Positions 18,242 to 28,159 are shown, counted from the stretch's first letter. The stretch is DNA of 64,000 bases from an uncultured Erysipelotrichaceae bacterium (GCA_910588075.1 CAJUOS010000006.1:127-64126); one strand, 5' to 3'. Numbers and translations are program-made. Notes: generated by a model from the letters alone, not told the origin.

Positions 18242-19471
18242 TTATCCTAAAAATGCTTCATGTAATAAAACTTGTGCTTTTTTCACATCATCTCTATCAA
18301 TATAACAAGAAATATTAATTTCACTACATGATGTCATTTCAACATTAATATCATTACTCATTAAAGTATTGTATACTTTTTGGAACATTCCTTTATTGTT
18401 TTTAATACCAACACCAATAACAGCAACTTTTCCAATATTACCTCGTACAATTGTTTTTTGAGGTTTTAATGTTTCCTTTAACTCATTAATGACTTCTACA
18501 ACACTAGGTACATCTTTATCATTAATAATTAAAGATATATCCATTTTTCCTCCACCAACTAATGCTTGATTAAAGACATTCACATTTACATTAGCATCTG
18601 AAATTTTTGCAAAGAGTTGTCCAGCCCCATTGACTTTTGCATCAACGCCTACAAGTGTAATTCGGGCTTCGTTTTGAGAACCAGTAATTCCAGAAATAAT
18701 TAATTGATCTAAATGGTCTTTCATGATTTTATCATCTCCTAACACATATGTTCCTTTTTGATTATCAAATGAACTTCTTGCATGAATTACAATATCATGC
18801 TTAGCTGCTAATTGTACACATCTATGATTAAGTACCTTAGCACCATTTTTAGAAAGTTCTAACATTTCTGCATAACTTATATAATCTAATTTTACAGCAT
18901 CAGGCACAATACGTGGATCAGCTGTATAAATTCCATTCACATCACTATATATCTCTACTTCATTCGCATCAATAGCAACTCCAATAGCCACAGCAGATAA
19001 ATCACTACCACCACGACCTAATGTTGTAATTTTACCATTTTGTGAATATCCTTGAAAACCAGGACATATAATGATATCAGATTTCTTTAATTTTTCTAAT
19101 ATATGAGCACCTTCAACCGTTGTAATTGTAGCATTCATATGTCTTGCATCAGTCATAATTCCTAACTCTCTATTTGTAACTGTTTCAACAGAATAACCCA
19201 TTTTGGATAATTCGCTCTTACAAACAAGCGTTGAAATTATTTCTCCCATACTTGTTAAACGATCAATTTCTTCATCAGTTAACATATCTGTATCAACAAT
19301 TGAAAGAAGTGTATCCGTTGCATAAGGATCGTCATATCTTCCCATAGCACTTACAACTGCAACAACTTTATTACCCTTTTCTAATTCACGGATAATATTT
19401 TTATACATATGTTCACGTGTTTGTTCACTACGTGTTGAGGTACCACCAAATTTTTGAACAATAATATTCAT
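18242..19471 (-). CDS. lysC: Aspartate kinase with C-terminal ACT domains
   Basis: IVQKFGGTS start, GRGGSD motif, two ACT-like C-terminal repeats. Confidence 0.9.
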   Translation of the reverse strand: MNIIVQKFGGTSTRSEQTREHMYKNIIRELEKGNKVVAVVSAMGRYDDPYATDTLLSIVDTDMLTDEEIDRLTSMGEIISTLVCKSELSKMGYSVETVTNRELGIMTDARHMNATITTVEGAHILEKLKKSDIIICPGFQGYSQNGKITTLGRGGSDLSAVAIGVAIDANEVEIYSDVNGIYTADPRIVPDAVKLDYISYAEMLELSKNGAKVLNHRCVQLAAKHDIVIHARSSFDNQKGTYVLGDDKIMKDHLDQLIISGITGSQNEARITLVGVDAKVNGAGQLFAKISDANVNVNVFNQALVGGGKMDISLIINDKDVPSVVEVINELKETLKPQKTIVRGNIGKVAVIGVGIKNNKGMFQKVYNTLMSNDINVEMTSCSEINISCYIDRDDVKKAQVLLHEAFLG

Positions 19472-19475
19472 TTTA

Positions 19476-20633
19476 TTAACCCCTTACTTTAAATAAATGA
19501 TATGTTTTATCTTGTAATTGTCTTTGTAAATCCTCAAGTTCAATATGATTTGTAATATAAATATGATCTTTATTTTGTGAGAAATAAGTTTCATAATCTA
19601 AATCATCTAAAGGATGATGACATCTTACATAATACTTAGAATAAGTGATAGGATAAACATTATGACAACAAACATAATCATGAGACCATATATCTTGCTT
19701 ATGAGTTTTCATAATATCACTTACAACAGCACTAGCAGTTACATAACGACCTGCTCCCTTACCATAAAAGATTACATTTTCTAAATAATTACAAGTAACC
19801 TCTACTACATTATATGCTTGATTAACATTTGCGACTATATCTTTTATACTAATTAAAGTAGGAGAAACGTCCATTCCAATACCATTTTCTAATTTCTTAG
19901 CTTGAGCAATAAGTTTAATACGATAACCTAACTTTTTAGCATAGTCCATATCCTTTTTGGTAACATCTCTTATACCAGTTGTTTGAATTTTATCAAAATC
20001 AAAAAAACGTTCAAAAGCATTCATGGCTAGAATTTGGATTTTGTGTGCAGCATCTATTCCATCTAAATCTAAACTTGCATCTGCTTCAACATAACCCAAA
20101 CCATCAGCAATCGTAAGAGCTTCATTAAAATCCAAATTATCAGTTTCCATAAGTGTTAAAATAAAATTCGTTGTTCCATTGAGAATACCTTCAATTTTTT
20201 CAATTTCATTAGCAACTAAATCTTCTTTAGCAGGAACAACAATAGGGATTCCTCCACCAACTGCAGCTTCATAATAAATTTTAACATTGTTTTTCTGAGC
20301 AGTTTCAAAAATTTCTTGACCATAATGAGCAATTAATGCTTTATTTGCTGTAACAACATGTTTACCTTTATTCAATGCTTCTAAAATAATATTTTTAGCA
20401 ATTGTTGTACCACCAATTAACTCAACAACAACATCTACTTCATCATCATTAATAATATCATGATAATCTTGTGTATAAATAATACCCTTAGGTAATGTTA
20501 CATCATCTAAAGAACATCCATATTTAATAATAACATCAGTATTGAATTGTCTTTCTAATCTTTCTTTTTGTTCTGTAAGGATTTCTACGACCCCAAACCC
20601 AACAGTTCCAAGACCAATAATTCCAATATTCAT
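19476..20633 (-). CDS. hom: Homoserine dehydrogenase
   Basis: IGIIGLGTVGFGV NAD-binding start. Central catalytic domain (GILNGTTNFIL, LGYVEADAS.D..G.DAAHK). Confidence 0.9.
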   Translation of the reverse strand: MNIGIIGLGTVGFGVVEILTEQKERLERQFNTDVIIKYGCSLDDVTLPKGIIYTQDYHDIINDDEVDVVVELIGGTTIAKNIILEALNKGKHVVTANKALIAHYGQEIFETAQKNNVKIYYEAAVGGGIPIVVPAKEDLVANEIEKIEGILNGTTNFILTLMETDNLDFNEALTIADGLGYVEADASLDLDGIDAAHKIQILAMNAFERFFDFDKIQTTGIRDVTKKDMDYAKKLGYRIKLIAQAKKLENGIGMDVSPTLISIKDIVANVNQAYNVVEVTCNYLENVIFYGKGAGRYVTASAVVSDIMKTHKQDIWSHDYVCCHNVYPITYSKYYVRCHHPLDDLDYETYFSQNKDHIYITNHIELEDLQRQLQDKTYHLFKVRG

Positions 20634-20644
20634 ATATTTCCCCC

Positions 20645-20680
20645 TTAAAAAAATAAAAACCTCATAAGTTTGAGGCTTTC
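20645..20680 (-). terminator. Intrinsic terminator inside the 5' leader of hom (candidate attenuator)
   Basis: Minus-strand RNA GAAAGCCUCA-AACUUA-UGAGGUUUUUAUUUUUUU. Lies 12 nt upstream of the hom start and downstream of the hom promoter. Confidence 0.6.
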
Positions 20681-20693
20681 TTCTTTATAGTTG

Positions 20694-20771
20694 TTATAAA
20701 ATAAGACAGTCTCTTCCTAACATTTTCGCATCCTCAATCATAGATATGGAAATGTTAATGGTTTTTATCAT
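20694..20771 (-). CDS. Candidate 25-codon leader ORF (MIKTINISISMIEDAKMLGRDCLIL)
   Basis: ATG lies 8 nt after AAGGAGG, between the promoter and the leader terminator. Below the ORF-track length cutoff. Translation is unproven. Confidence 0.3.
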   Translation of the reverse strand: MIKTINISISMIEDAKMLGRDCLIL

Positions 20772-20800
20772 GAGATTGTCCTCCTTTTATTATTTTAGAA

Positions 20801-20829
20801 ATAATATCATCTTTATAAATATTTGTCAA
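20801..20829 (-). promoter_or_regulatory. Sigma-A-type promoter of the hom operon
   Basis: Minus strand reads TTGACA, 17-nt spacer, TATTAT. Confidence 0.6.
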
Positions 20830-21060
20830 TTTCTTTATCATTATTTTTTGTAAAAATACAAAAGATAGGTAAATCTTTTAGAAATATATAAATAATTGGC
20901 AAATATTTACAACTTTACCACTATTCATAAAATTAAAAATTATTTATTTAATATATAGAATGTTTGTTATAATTTTAGAAAAGATATAAATATAGAATAA
21001 CCAATAAATAATGATTAGGTTTTTTAAAGATTTATCTATGGGTTCTTTAATTAAAAAGTT

Positions 21061-21089
21061 TTGCCTTTTAATAAATCATCTTATATAAT
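21061..21089 (+). promoter_or_regulatory. Sigma-A-type promoter of the FNT transporter gene
   Basis: TTGCCT, 17-nt spacer, TATAAT. Confidence 0.55.
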
Positions 21090-21113
21090 AAAGTTAGTTT
21101 AAGGGGAGATTAT

Positions 21114-21905
21114 ATGTTTAGTGATATTGAGGTATTAAGTAAGTTAGGAAAAGTGAAGTATAAAATTATGAAAACTGATCCATTGCGATTTTTTGCAAGA
21201 TCATTTATGGCGGGAGCTTATTTGGGGGCAGCTGCAATTTTATCTTACACTTTGGGAGCACTTTTACAAGATCATGGAGTGATAGCTAAAATTGCTGTGG
21301 CAGCAACATTTGGAATTGGATTGGTTGCTATTGTTTATTTAGGTGCAGAACTATTTACAGGTAATTGCTTTGTAACTATTATGCCTGTATTAAAAGGGGA
21401 ATTAAAAATTAAGGATATTATTCCAATGTGGATTGCTTGTTATTTAGGTAATTTTGTAGGTATTGCTGTTATATGTTTTTTGTTTATAAAAAGTGGAGCA
21501 CAGTCTACAATGCTTAAGCCTTATTTAGAAACACTTATGACAGCTAAATTGCAATTTGATGTTTTTGATTTATTGATTAAAGGTATACTTTGTAATTTTA
21601 TTGTATGTATAGCTGCTTATTCTGGTATTAAGATTAAAGACGAAACTGCAAGATTAATTGTTATTATGGTTTTTGTTATGGCATTTGTTTTACCTGGATT
21701 TGAACACTGTATTGCGAATATGGGTATTTTTACAATGGGTGTTACACAATTAGGCTCAACAATTGATTGGTCTATGTTACCATTACATATGTTTATTTCT
21801 ACAATAGGTAATATTATTGGTGGAAGTCTTTTATTAGCAATTCCTATTTATATTGAATTTAGAGAACCTAAATTAGTTAATAAAAAATCAGAATATAAAA
21901 ATTAA
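21114..21905 (+). CDS. Formate/nitrite transporter (FNT) family channel
   Basis: 263 aa with six TM segments. Motifs GAELFTGN and FEHCIANM are typical of FocA/NirC-type channels. Confidence 0.85.
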   Translation: MFSDIEVLSKLGKVKYKIMKTDPLRFFARSFMAGAYLGAAAILSYTLGALLQDHGVIAKIAVAATFGIGLVAIVYLGAELFTGNCFVTIMPVLKGELKIKDIIPMWIACYLGNFVGIAVICFLFIKSGAQSTMLKPYLETLMTAKLQFDVFDLLIKGILCNFIVCIAAYSGIKIKDETARLIVIMVFVMAFVLPGFEHCIANMGIFTMGVTQLGSTIDWSMLPLHMFISTIGNIIGGSLLLAIPIYIEFREPKLVNKKSEYKN

Positions 21906-21918
21906 TAAGGAAAAATAT

Positions 21919-21955
21919 GGAAACTACCAGATAAATTTGGTCGTTTCTTTTTTTA
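21919..21955 (+). terminator. Rho-independent terminator
   Basis: Stem GAAACTACCA/TGGTCGTTTC (one mismatch) followed by TTTTTTT. Confidence 0.7.
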
Positions 21956-22253
21956 TTTTGAGAAATAAAAATATTGTTATTTCAAATAAAAATAAGAGAT
22001 TTTGTATCAAAAAATATGAAAATTATGCTATTTTTATAATTTTTATTGTATATATTTTATAAAAATCACAAATAACTATGTGAATATATTGACAAGATAA
22101 CTAAAATAGGAATATCATTATAATGAGTGATGATGTTTGCAAGGTATAAATTACAACAAGTCCTCAAGATAAACAGAGGGAACAGTCAAACCACTACGAT
22201 TGATAATTTATTCCCTAATGAGTAGAACAATAAATTGGTGAAAGGAGAAAAAA

Positions 22254-25200
22254 ATGAAAAAACAAAATAAAGTCATATCTTTAATAGTCAGTGCTTTTCT
22301 TTTGTTGGCAGGATTTGGAGAAATAATTTCTGTTAATGCTGAAGATGTTGATGAAAATCATTCTTGTACATTTGAAAATCTAACAATTACAACAAATGAT
22401 GGAAGTGCATTGACTTATGGAACAGCTGTTGGAGATTATGATGTTTATTCCAATGGTAAAGTTCTTTATATTAATACTAACAAAGCTGTTACAGTTACAG
22501 GTACAACAACAACAGCAACTCTTGCTATTGCAAAAGGGACAAAAGCTGATGTTACTTTTAACAATGTAAGTATTACAAATACTGCTGCTGCTCCTGTTGA
22601 TGTGATTGCCAATAATGTTAGTGATCCAACAACATTGCATTTAACATTAGCTGATGGGAGTGCTAATACATTAAATGCGGGAACTGGAGCTCATGCAGGT
22701 ATTCATGTAGCTTATGGAGCTAAGTTAATTATTGATGATTCAGTGAAAAATTGGGCTGAAGTTGAAGGTGGAAGAATTGTTGATGAATATGATGACAAAG
22801 GTGTCCAAAAACCAGCGTGGTTAATGGATAGTAAGAATCCAGGAACATTAACTGTTAGAGGTGGATATTTTAGTGCTGGAATTGGTGGTCAAGCATCAGC
22901 AAGTAGTACATCTGCAGGACAAAATAGTGGTGCTATTGTTATTAATGGTGGTAATATTATAGCTTCAGCACCTTATGCAAACCAAAATTGGAGCGGTGGT
23001 TCTGGAATTGGTGGAAGTTCATATGGTGGAGCTGGTTGTCATCTTGATGGTGGAGGTATCATCATTAATGGTGGAAATATTGATGCAACTGCTAGTTATC
23101 ATGGATCAGGAATTGGTGGTGGCTGGCATGCTGGTGATATTCCAGGAGTAGGTAATAAATCAACTGCAACAGGTGATATTACAATTAATGGCGGATATGT
23201 TAAAGCAACAGGAAAAGATCATGGTAATGCTTTTGGTGGCGCATGTGGACAAAAAGATAATGTTGGGCATGGAGCTACAGGAGCTTCTCATAAAATTACA
23301 ATTACAGGTGGTACCTTATTACCACAAGCAACTTCATCTGGTTGGTATGGAGTTGGTGCTCAAAAAGCAAATGTCATTGTAACAGGTGGTTCGTTTTATC
23401 CAACAAATACTGCTAATAGTAGTGCAAATGGTGGTGCAGGAATTACTGGTGCTTCAGTAGTTAGTGCTGATGGTACAAATCTTACAATGGTTAAAATTGC
23501 AATTGGAGCAATGGAAGATGTTGAAGTTGGCGATAAAATTTATGATTTTACAGTTACAGTTGATGGTAAACCATTATCTGATACAGAAGGTAATTTTATT
23601 AATTATGGTTTAGCTAATAGAGTAGCTGCTGATCAAACACTTTATTTCTGGTTACCAACTTCTGCAACAGGAAAAAGTGTAAGTATTTCAAACGTTACAT
23701 TAATGAAATCTGATGGAAGACTTATAAAGGCTGAATATCCATTCTCTTTACCTTCAGTAGGAACAGGAGATACAACAAAAAGATGGGTAACATTTGATGT
23801 TGATACAGATAAGTTTTCAAATGAACTTAAAGGATTGTTATCTAAAACATATGATGGTCTTGGATGGAATCCAAAAGTTTTAGCTGGAGAAATTGTGAGT
23901 CAAAATATTGTTCTTCCAGAACCAGCAGATGCAAAAATTGATAAAGAAGATCAATTAAATTTCTCATCAGTTCGTATTAAAGATTGGTTTGGTAATGCGA
24001 CATCAGATTCAAGTACAACAGGAGAAATTAGTACTACTGGTACATATACAATTACAGTTAACTATGATGAGTTTAAAAGTGATCCCAAATTTAGTCAATC
24101 TTTCTGGGGACATCAAACAACATTAAAGTCAGTTATTTCCCCTGCTAATAGTCAAATCACAAATTTAAAAACAAATTCAACATGGCAAGATGAAACTCAT
24201 AGTAAATTTGCAACAATAACATTAACTGCTGATGTATTACCAGCAAAGGGAGAAGCAAAAACATGTGCAGCACCAGATGGAACTGTACAATTCTATATTA
24301 ATGGAGTTAAAGTAGGGAAACCAGTTAAGGTTACAGAAGTTACAAAACCAGAAGAAGATAGTGAAGACTATGCTTATTCTACTGCAACTTTGACAATTGA
24401 CTTTATCAAAGATTCATTAAAGTACCCTATTCCAGAACTTGCAGATGGAACATTCCAAGTTGAAGCACAGTATTTAGGTGGAACAAATTATAATTTAGCA
24501 GAAAAACGTGCAACAGTTACAGAAGAAACATCACCAGAGGAATTTCCATTTATTACTCCTCCAACACCAGTTATTGATCCTGATGATGGAGAAGATGAGG
24601 ATAAACCAATTATTATTCCTGACAGTTTTGAACTTGAAGGTGATGAGGATAAACCAATTTTACATGGTTATGCTAAAGATTCAATGAATGTTTCTGTTGT
24701 TCCTAATAAAACAATGAACACAGAAGAATTTAAAGAAATGTTTGGAAATCGTTATGGATTTGTTAATAAAGCTGGGGCAGCTTTAGAAACAGAAATTTCT
24801 GAATTTGAAGTTCAAAATAGTGATAAAGAAGTTGTTACTGAAGTTGATCTTTCAAAAGTTGCAACTTATACTATTATAGCAACTGTTACTGATAAACAAG
24901 GTAATAAGACAACCATTAAACTTGCTTATAATTTAATTCGTTTAAATGTTGACGTTGATGGTGATGGAGAACCAGATATTAACATTGATACAGATGGCGA
25001 TGGAAAACCAGATATCAATATTGATACAGATGGTGATAATAAACCAGATATCAACATTGATACAGATAAAGATGGTGAACCAGATGTTAATATTGTAGAT
25101 AAAGATGGTGATGGAGAACCAGATAAAAATATTGATCCAGATAGTGATGTAAAACCAGATGTCAATATTGATACAGACGGTGATGGAAAGCCAGATATTA

Positions 25201-26627
25201 ATGTTGATACAGATGGTGATGGAAAGCCAGATATTAATATTATAGATAAAGATGGCGATGGAAAGCCAGATAAGGATATTGATCCAAGTAAAGATAAAGA
25301 ACCAAATGTGAACATTGATACAGATGGCGATGGAGAACCAGATGTGAATGTTGATACAGATGGTGATGGAAAACCAGATGTGAATATTGATACAGATGGT
25401 GATGGAAAGCCAGACATTAATGTAGATACAGATGGTGATGGTAAACCAGATGTCAATATTGTAGATAAAGATGGAGACGGAAAGCCAGATAAAAATATTG
25501 ATCCAGATAGTGATGTAAAACCAGATATTAATGTAGATACAGATGGTGATGGTAAACCAGATGTGAATATTGATACAGATGGTGATGGCAAACCAGATGT
25601 CAATATTGTAGATAAAGATGGTGATGGAAAGCCAGATAAAGATATTGATCCAGACAGTGATGTGAAGCCAGATATTAATGTGGATACAGATAATGATGGC
25701 AAACCAGATGTGAATATCGATACAGATGGCGATGGCAAACCAGATGTCAATATTGTAGATAAAGATGGCGATGGAAAGCCAGATAAAGATATTGGTCCAG
25801 ATAGTGATGTGAAGCCAGATATTAATGTGGATACAGACAAAGATGGATTACCAGATGTAAATATCGATACAGATGGTGATGGCAAACCAGATGTCAATAT
25901 TGTAGATAAAGATGGCGATGGAAAGCCAGATAAAGATATTGATCCAGATAGTGGTGTGAAACCAGACATTAATGTTGATACAGATGGTGATGATAAGCCA
26001 GATGTGAATATTGATACAGATGGCGATGGAAAACCAGATGTCAATATTGTAGATAAAGATGGCGATGGAAAGCCAGATAAAGATATTGATCCAGATAGTG
26101 GTGTGAAGCCAGATATTAATGTGGATACAACAGGTGATGGCAAACCGAATATCAATATCGATACAGATGGCGATGGAAAACCAGATATCAATATTGTAGA
26201 TAAAGATGGAGACGGAAAGCCAGATAAAGATATTGATCCAGATAGTGATGTGAAACCAGATGTGAATATTGATACAGATGGTGATAATAAGCCAGATGTC
26301 AATATTGATACAACAGGTGATGGAAAACCAAATCTTAATGTAGATACAGATGGTGATGGTGAACCAGATATTAATATCGATACAGATGGTGATGGCAAAC
26401 CAGATTTGAACATAGATGAAGATGGTGATGGAAAACCAGATAAAAATATTGATAGAGATGGTGATGGAAAGGTCGATATAGAAGTTCAAGGAGATGACTT
26501 CAAAGATAATCACTTGCAAAAAGTCAAAACAAGTGATGAAGCATTAGTTAATGAAATGACAACATTAGCAGTAACATCTTTATTAGTAGCTATTCTAGCA
26601 TTGGTTTATAAAAGAAAAGAAGATTAA
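22254..26627 (+). CDS. Giant surface adhesin-like protein: signal peptide, parallel beta-helix-like region, Ig-like region, 42 thrombospondin-type-3-like Ca-binding units, LPXTG-like anchor
   Basis: Signal peptide ending ISVNAED. Recurrent (I/V)INGGNI..(A/T)..G-rich coils. The DxDxDGxPD repeat array occupies about one third of the protein. C-terminus is VKTSDE + hydrophobic helix + KRKED. Confidence 0.85.
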   Translation: MKKQNKVISLIVSAFLLLAGFGEIISVNAEDVDENHSCTFENLTITTNDGSALTYGTAVGDYDVYSNGKVLYINTNKAVTVTGTTTTATLAIAKGTKADVTFNNVSITNTAAAPVDVIANNVSDPTTLHLTLADGSANTLNAGTGAHAGIHVAYGAKLIIDDSVKNWAEVEGGRIVDEYDDKGVQKPAWLMDSKNPGTLTVRGGYFSAGIGGQASASSTSAGQNSGAIVINGGNIIASAPYANQNWSGGSGIGGSSYGGAGCHLDGGGIIINGGNIDATASYHGSGIGGGWHAGDIPGVGNKSTATGDITINGGYVKATGKDHGNAFGGACGQKDNVGHGATGASHKITITGGTLLPQATSSGWYGVGAQKANVIVTGGSFYPTNTANSSANGGAGITGASVVSADGTNLTMVKIAIGAMEDVEVGDKIYDFTVTVDGKPLSDTEGNFINYGLANRVAADQTLYFWLPTSATGKSVSISNVTLMKSDGRLIKAEYPFSLPSVGTGDTTKRWVTFDVDTDKFSNELKGLLSKTYDGLGWNPKVLAGEIVSQNIVLPEPADAKIDKEDQLNFSSVRIKDWFGNATSDSSTTGEISTTGTYTITVNYDEFKSDPKFSQSFWGHQTTLKSVISPANSQITNLKTNSTWQDETHSKFATITLTADVLPAKGEAKTCAAPDGTVQFYINGVKVGKPVKVTEVTKPEEDSEDYAYSTATLTIDFIKDSLKYPIPELADGTFQVEAQYLGGTNYNLAEKRATVTEETSPEEFPFITPPTPVIDPDDGEDEDKPIIIPDSFELEGDEDKPILHGYAKDSMNVSVVPNKTMNTEEFKEMFGNRYGFVNKAGAALETEISEFEVQNSDKEVVTEVDLSKVATYTIIATVTDKQGNKTTIKLAYNLIRLNVDVDGDGEPDINIDTDGDGKPDINIDTDGDNKPDINIDTDKDGEPDVNIVDKDGDGEPDKNIDPDSDVKPDVNIDTDGDGKPDINVDTDGDGKPDINIIDKDGDGKPDKDIDPSKDKEPNVNIDTDGDGEPDVNVDTDGDGKPDVNIDTDGDGKPDINVDTDGDGKPDVNIVDKDGDGKPDKNIDPDSDVKPDINVDTDGDGKPDVNIDTDGDGKPDVNIVDKDGDGKPDKDIDPDSDVKPDINVDTDNDGKPDVNIDTDGDGKPDVNIVDKDGDGKPDKDIGPDSDVKPDINVDTDKDGLPDVNIDTDGDGKPDVNIVDKDGDGKPDKDIDPDSGVKPDINVDTDGDDKPDVNIDTDGDGKPDVNIVDKDGDGKPDKDIDPDSGVKPDINVDTTGDGKPNINIDTDGDGKPDINIVDKDGDGKPDKDIDPDSDVKPDVNIDTDGDNKPDVNIDTTGDGKPNLNVDTDGDGEPDINIDTDGDGKPDLNIDEDGDGKPDKNIDRDGDGKVDIEVQGDDFKDNHLQKVKTSDEALVNEMTTLAVTSLLVAILALVYKRKED
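24948..26483 (+). repeat. In-frame tandem repeat array: 42 units of 36-39 nt (DTDGDGKPDVNI-type), organised in its central part as a 147-nt (49-aa, four-unit) higher-order repeat
   Basis: The GTAGATAAAGAT landmark recurs at 25095, 25242, 25461, 25608, 25755, 25902, 26049 and 26196. Spacing is 147 nt each time, except one gap of 219 nt. I counted 42 units in the translation. Confidence 0.9.
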
Positions 26628-26662
26628 TAGTTAATATTAAAAAAATAAGCTATTTATTTTAG

Positions 26663-26692
26663 GTGGGAGTATGATATACTTCCACTTTTTTA
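26663..26692 (+). terminator. Rho-independent terminator
   Basis: Stem GTGGGAGTA/TACTTCCAC followed by TTTTTT. Confidence 0.75.
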
Positions 26693-26794
26693 TAAAGAGA
26701 GAAATATGTTTTTTTAATTGCTTGTTTTTCTTGAAAAGTATCAGAAATAAGAGTAAACTATTATGGAAATAATGATAGGTGAGGAGGGATATTT

Positions 26795-27106
26795 TTGGAT
26801 AAAATTATTCATGATATTGTTGCGGTGGATTTGGAATGTTCTCAACATGTTGAAGAAGCAAAAAAGAAAAAACAAGATGTTCAAGCAAATATGAATGAAA
26901 AGAAGAAAGAAATATATGATTCTTTTGTTAAGGAATATCAAGTTAAGATTGATGCCCATAAAAAGGAATTAGAAGCACAAATCCAAGAAACAAAAGTTAG
27001 AAATGAACAAGAATATAAAGATTCACTTCATCAGCTCTCAAGTCTTTACGAAGAAAACAAAGATGAATGGATTAATACAATTGTTAGTCATTGTAAAGAA
27101 ATTTAA
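26795..27106 (+). CDS. Small coiled-coil protein; putative V/A-ATPase peripheral-stalk (G/H-like) subunit
   Basis: TTG start 6 nt after GAGGAGGG. 103-aa Lys/Glu-rich helix. First gene of the V-ATPase cluster. Assignment is by size and position only. Confidence 0.5.
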   Translation: MDKIIHDIVAVDLECSQHVEEAKKKKQDVQANMNEKKKEIYDSFVKEYQVKIDAHKKELEAQIQETKVRNEQEYKDSLHQLSSLYEENKDEWINTIVSHCKEI

Positions 27107-27121
27107 AGAAGAGGTGATCTT

Positions 27122-28159
27122 ATGAGTTCTTTTTCATCAAATGCTATTCTTGCAAAAGCAAGATCTATGTATTCACATAGATTAACTGAACAAAATTATG
27201 AAGAATTATTGAAAAGAAGAAGTATAAACGATTTGGTTTCCTATCTTAAAAGCGATACAGCTTATCATCATATTCTTTCAGAATTAAAAGAAACGAATAT
27301 TCATCGTGGGCAGTTAGAGGCTTTATTAAATAAAGAGATTTTTTTAAGATTAGATAGGCTTATGCGTTATGCTTCTAAAAAAGAGCTAGAATTTTATCGA
27401 CTTGCTGTAACAGAATTAGAAATTCAATTAATATTGACAAAAGCAAGATTAATTGTTTCTGATATGTATACTGGTTATGAAATAGAAATACCAGAATACT
27501 TAAATAAATATGCAAGCTTCCAGCTTTATGGATTATTAGGCGTTAATGATTATGATGGTTTAATTCAACTTATGAAAGGAACAAAGTATTATCATACTTT
27601 AGTTAAATATAAACCAGAAGATGATCAACCATTAAATTCTAATATGTTAGAATTAGATTTTAAACATATTTATTATCAAGAGTATACTGATACTGTTAAA
27701 CGATTATTTAAGGGGAAAAAGGGTAAAGATTTATTAACAATGATTAATACATCTATTGAATTACAAAATATTACAAAGATTTATCGTTTAAAGAAATATT
27801 TTAATGCGACACCAGAACAAATTAGAGAAACATTATTTTTGGAACATACACGTATTCCAAAATCAATGATGAATGAAATGATTGAAGCTAAAGATGCTTC
27901 AGAGTTTTTAAAGAAACTTGCTCAATCACCGTATAAATTATATATAGATGATAATGAGTTTGTTTATATTGAATATTATACAGAAAAGATTAAGTATAAT
28001 TTAGCCAAACGTTTTATGCGTTTTTCAACAGATAGTGCATTAGTATTTATGACATATAAAATTGTATATCAAATTGAAATTGATAATCTTAAACATATTA
28101 TAGAAGGTTTAAGATATGGAGAAAGTCCAAATCAAATAGAAGCAATGCTTATATATTAG
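27122..28159 (+). CDS. ntpC: V/A-type ATPase subunit C (d)
   Basis: 345-aa helical protein with an N-terminus typical of subunit C. Operon context. Confidence 0.75.
   Translation: MSSFSSNAILAKARSMYSHRLTEQNYEELLKRRSINDLVSYLKSDTAYHHILSELKETNIHRGQLEALLNKEIFLRLDRLMRYASKKELEFYRLAVTELEIQLILTKARLIVSDMYTGYEIEIPEYLNKYASFQLYGLLGVNDYDGLIQLMKGTKYYHTLVKYKPEDDQPLNSNMLELDFKHIYYQEYTDTVKRLFKGKKGKDLLTMINTSIELQNITKIYRLKKYFNATPEQIRETLFLEHTRIPKSMMNEMIEAKDASEFLKKLAQSPYKLYIDDNEFVYIEYYTEKIKYNLAKRFMRFSTDSALVFMTYKIVYQIEIDNLKHIIEGLRYGESPNQIEAMLIY

Noticed and set aside
22125-22253. ~130-nt leader of the giant adhesin gene, examined for a c-di-GMP-II or other riboswitch
   Set aside because: It contains only a generic stem (AGGGAA...TTCCCT). 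None of the conserved class-I or class-II c-di-GMP blocks I can recall are present, so there is no basis for a call.
24948-26483. Regularly spaced short repeats, considered as a possible CRISPR array
   Set aside because: The repeats are contiguous, without unique spacers. They are in frame within a 1457-aa ORF and encode a recognisable Ca-binding motif. No cas genes are present.
24926-26519. Two very long antisense ORFs (495 aa and 223 aa) opposite the adhesin repeat array
   Set aside because: They exist only because the GAT/GGT/AAA/CCA-rich repeat lacks stop codons on the complementary strand. Their 'proteins' are monotonous (SGFPSPSVS..., IWFSITI...). They have no RBS and lie wholly inside a well-supported sense CDS.
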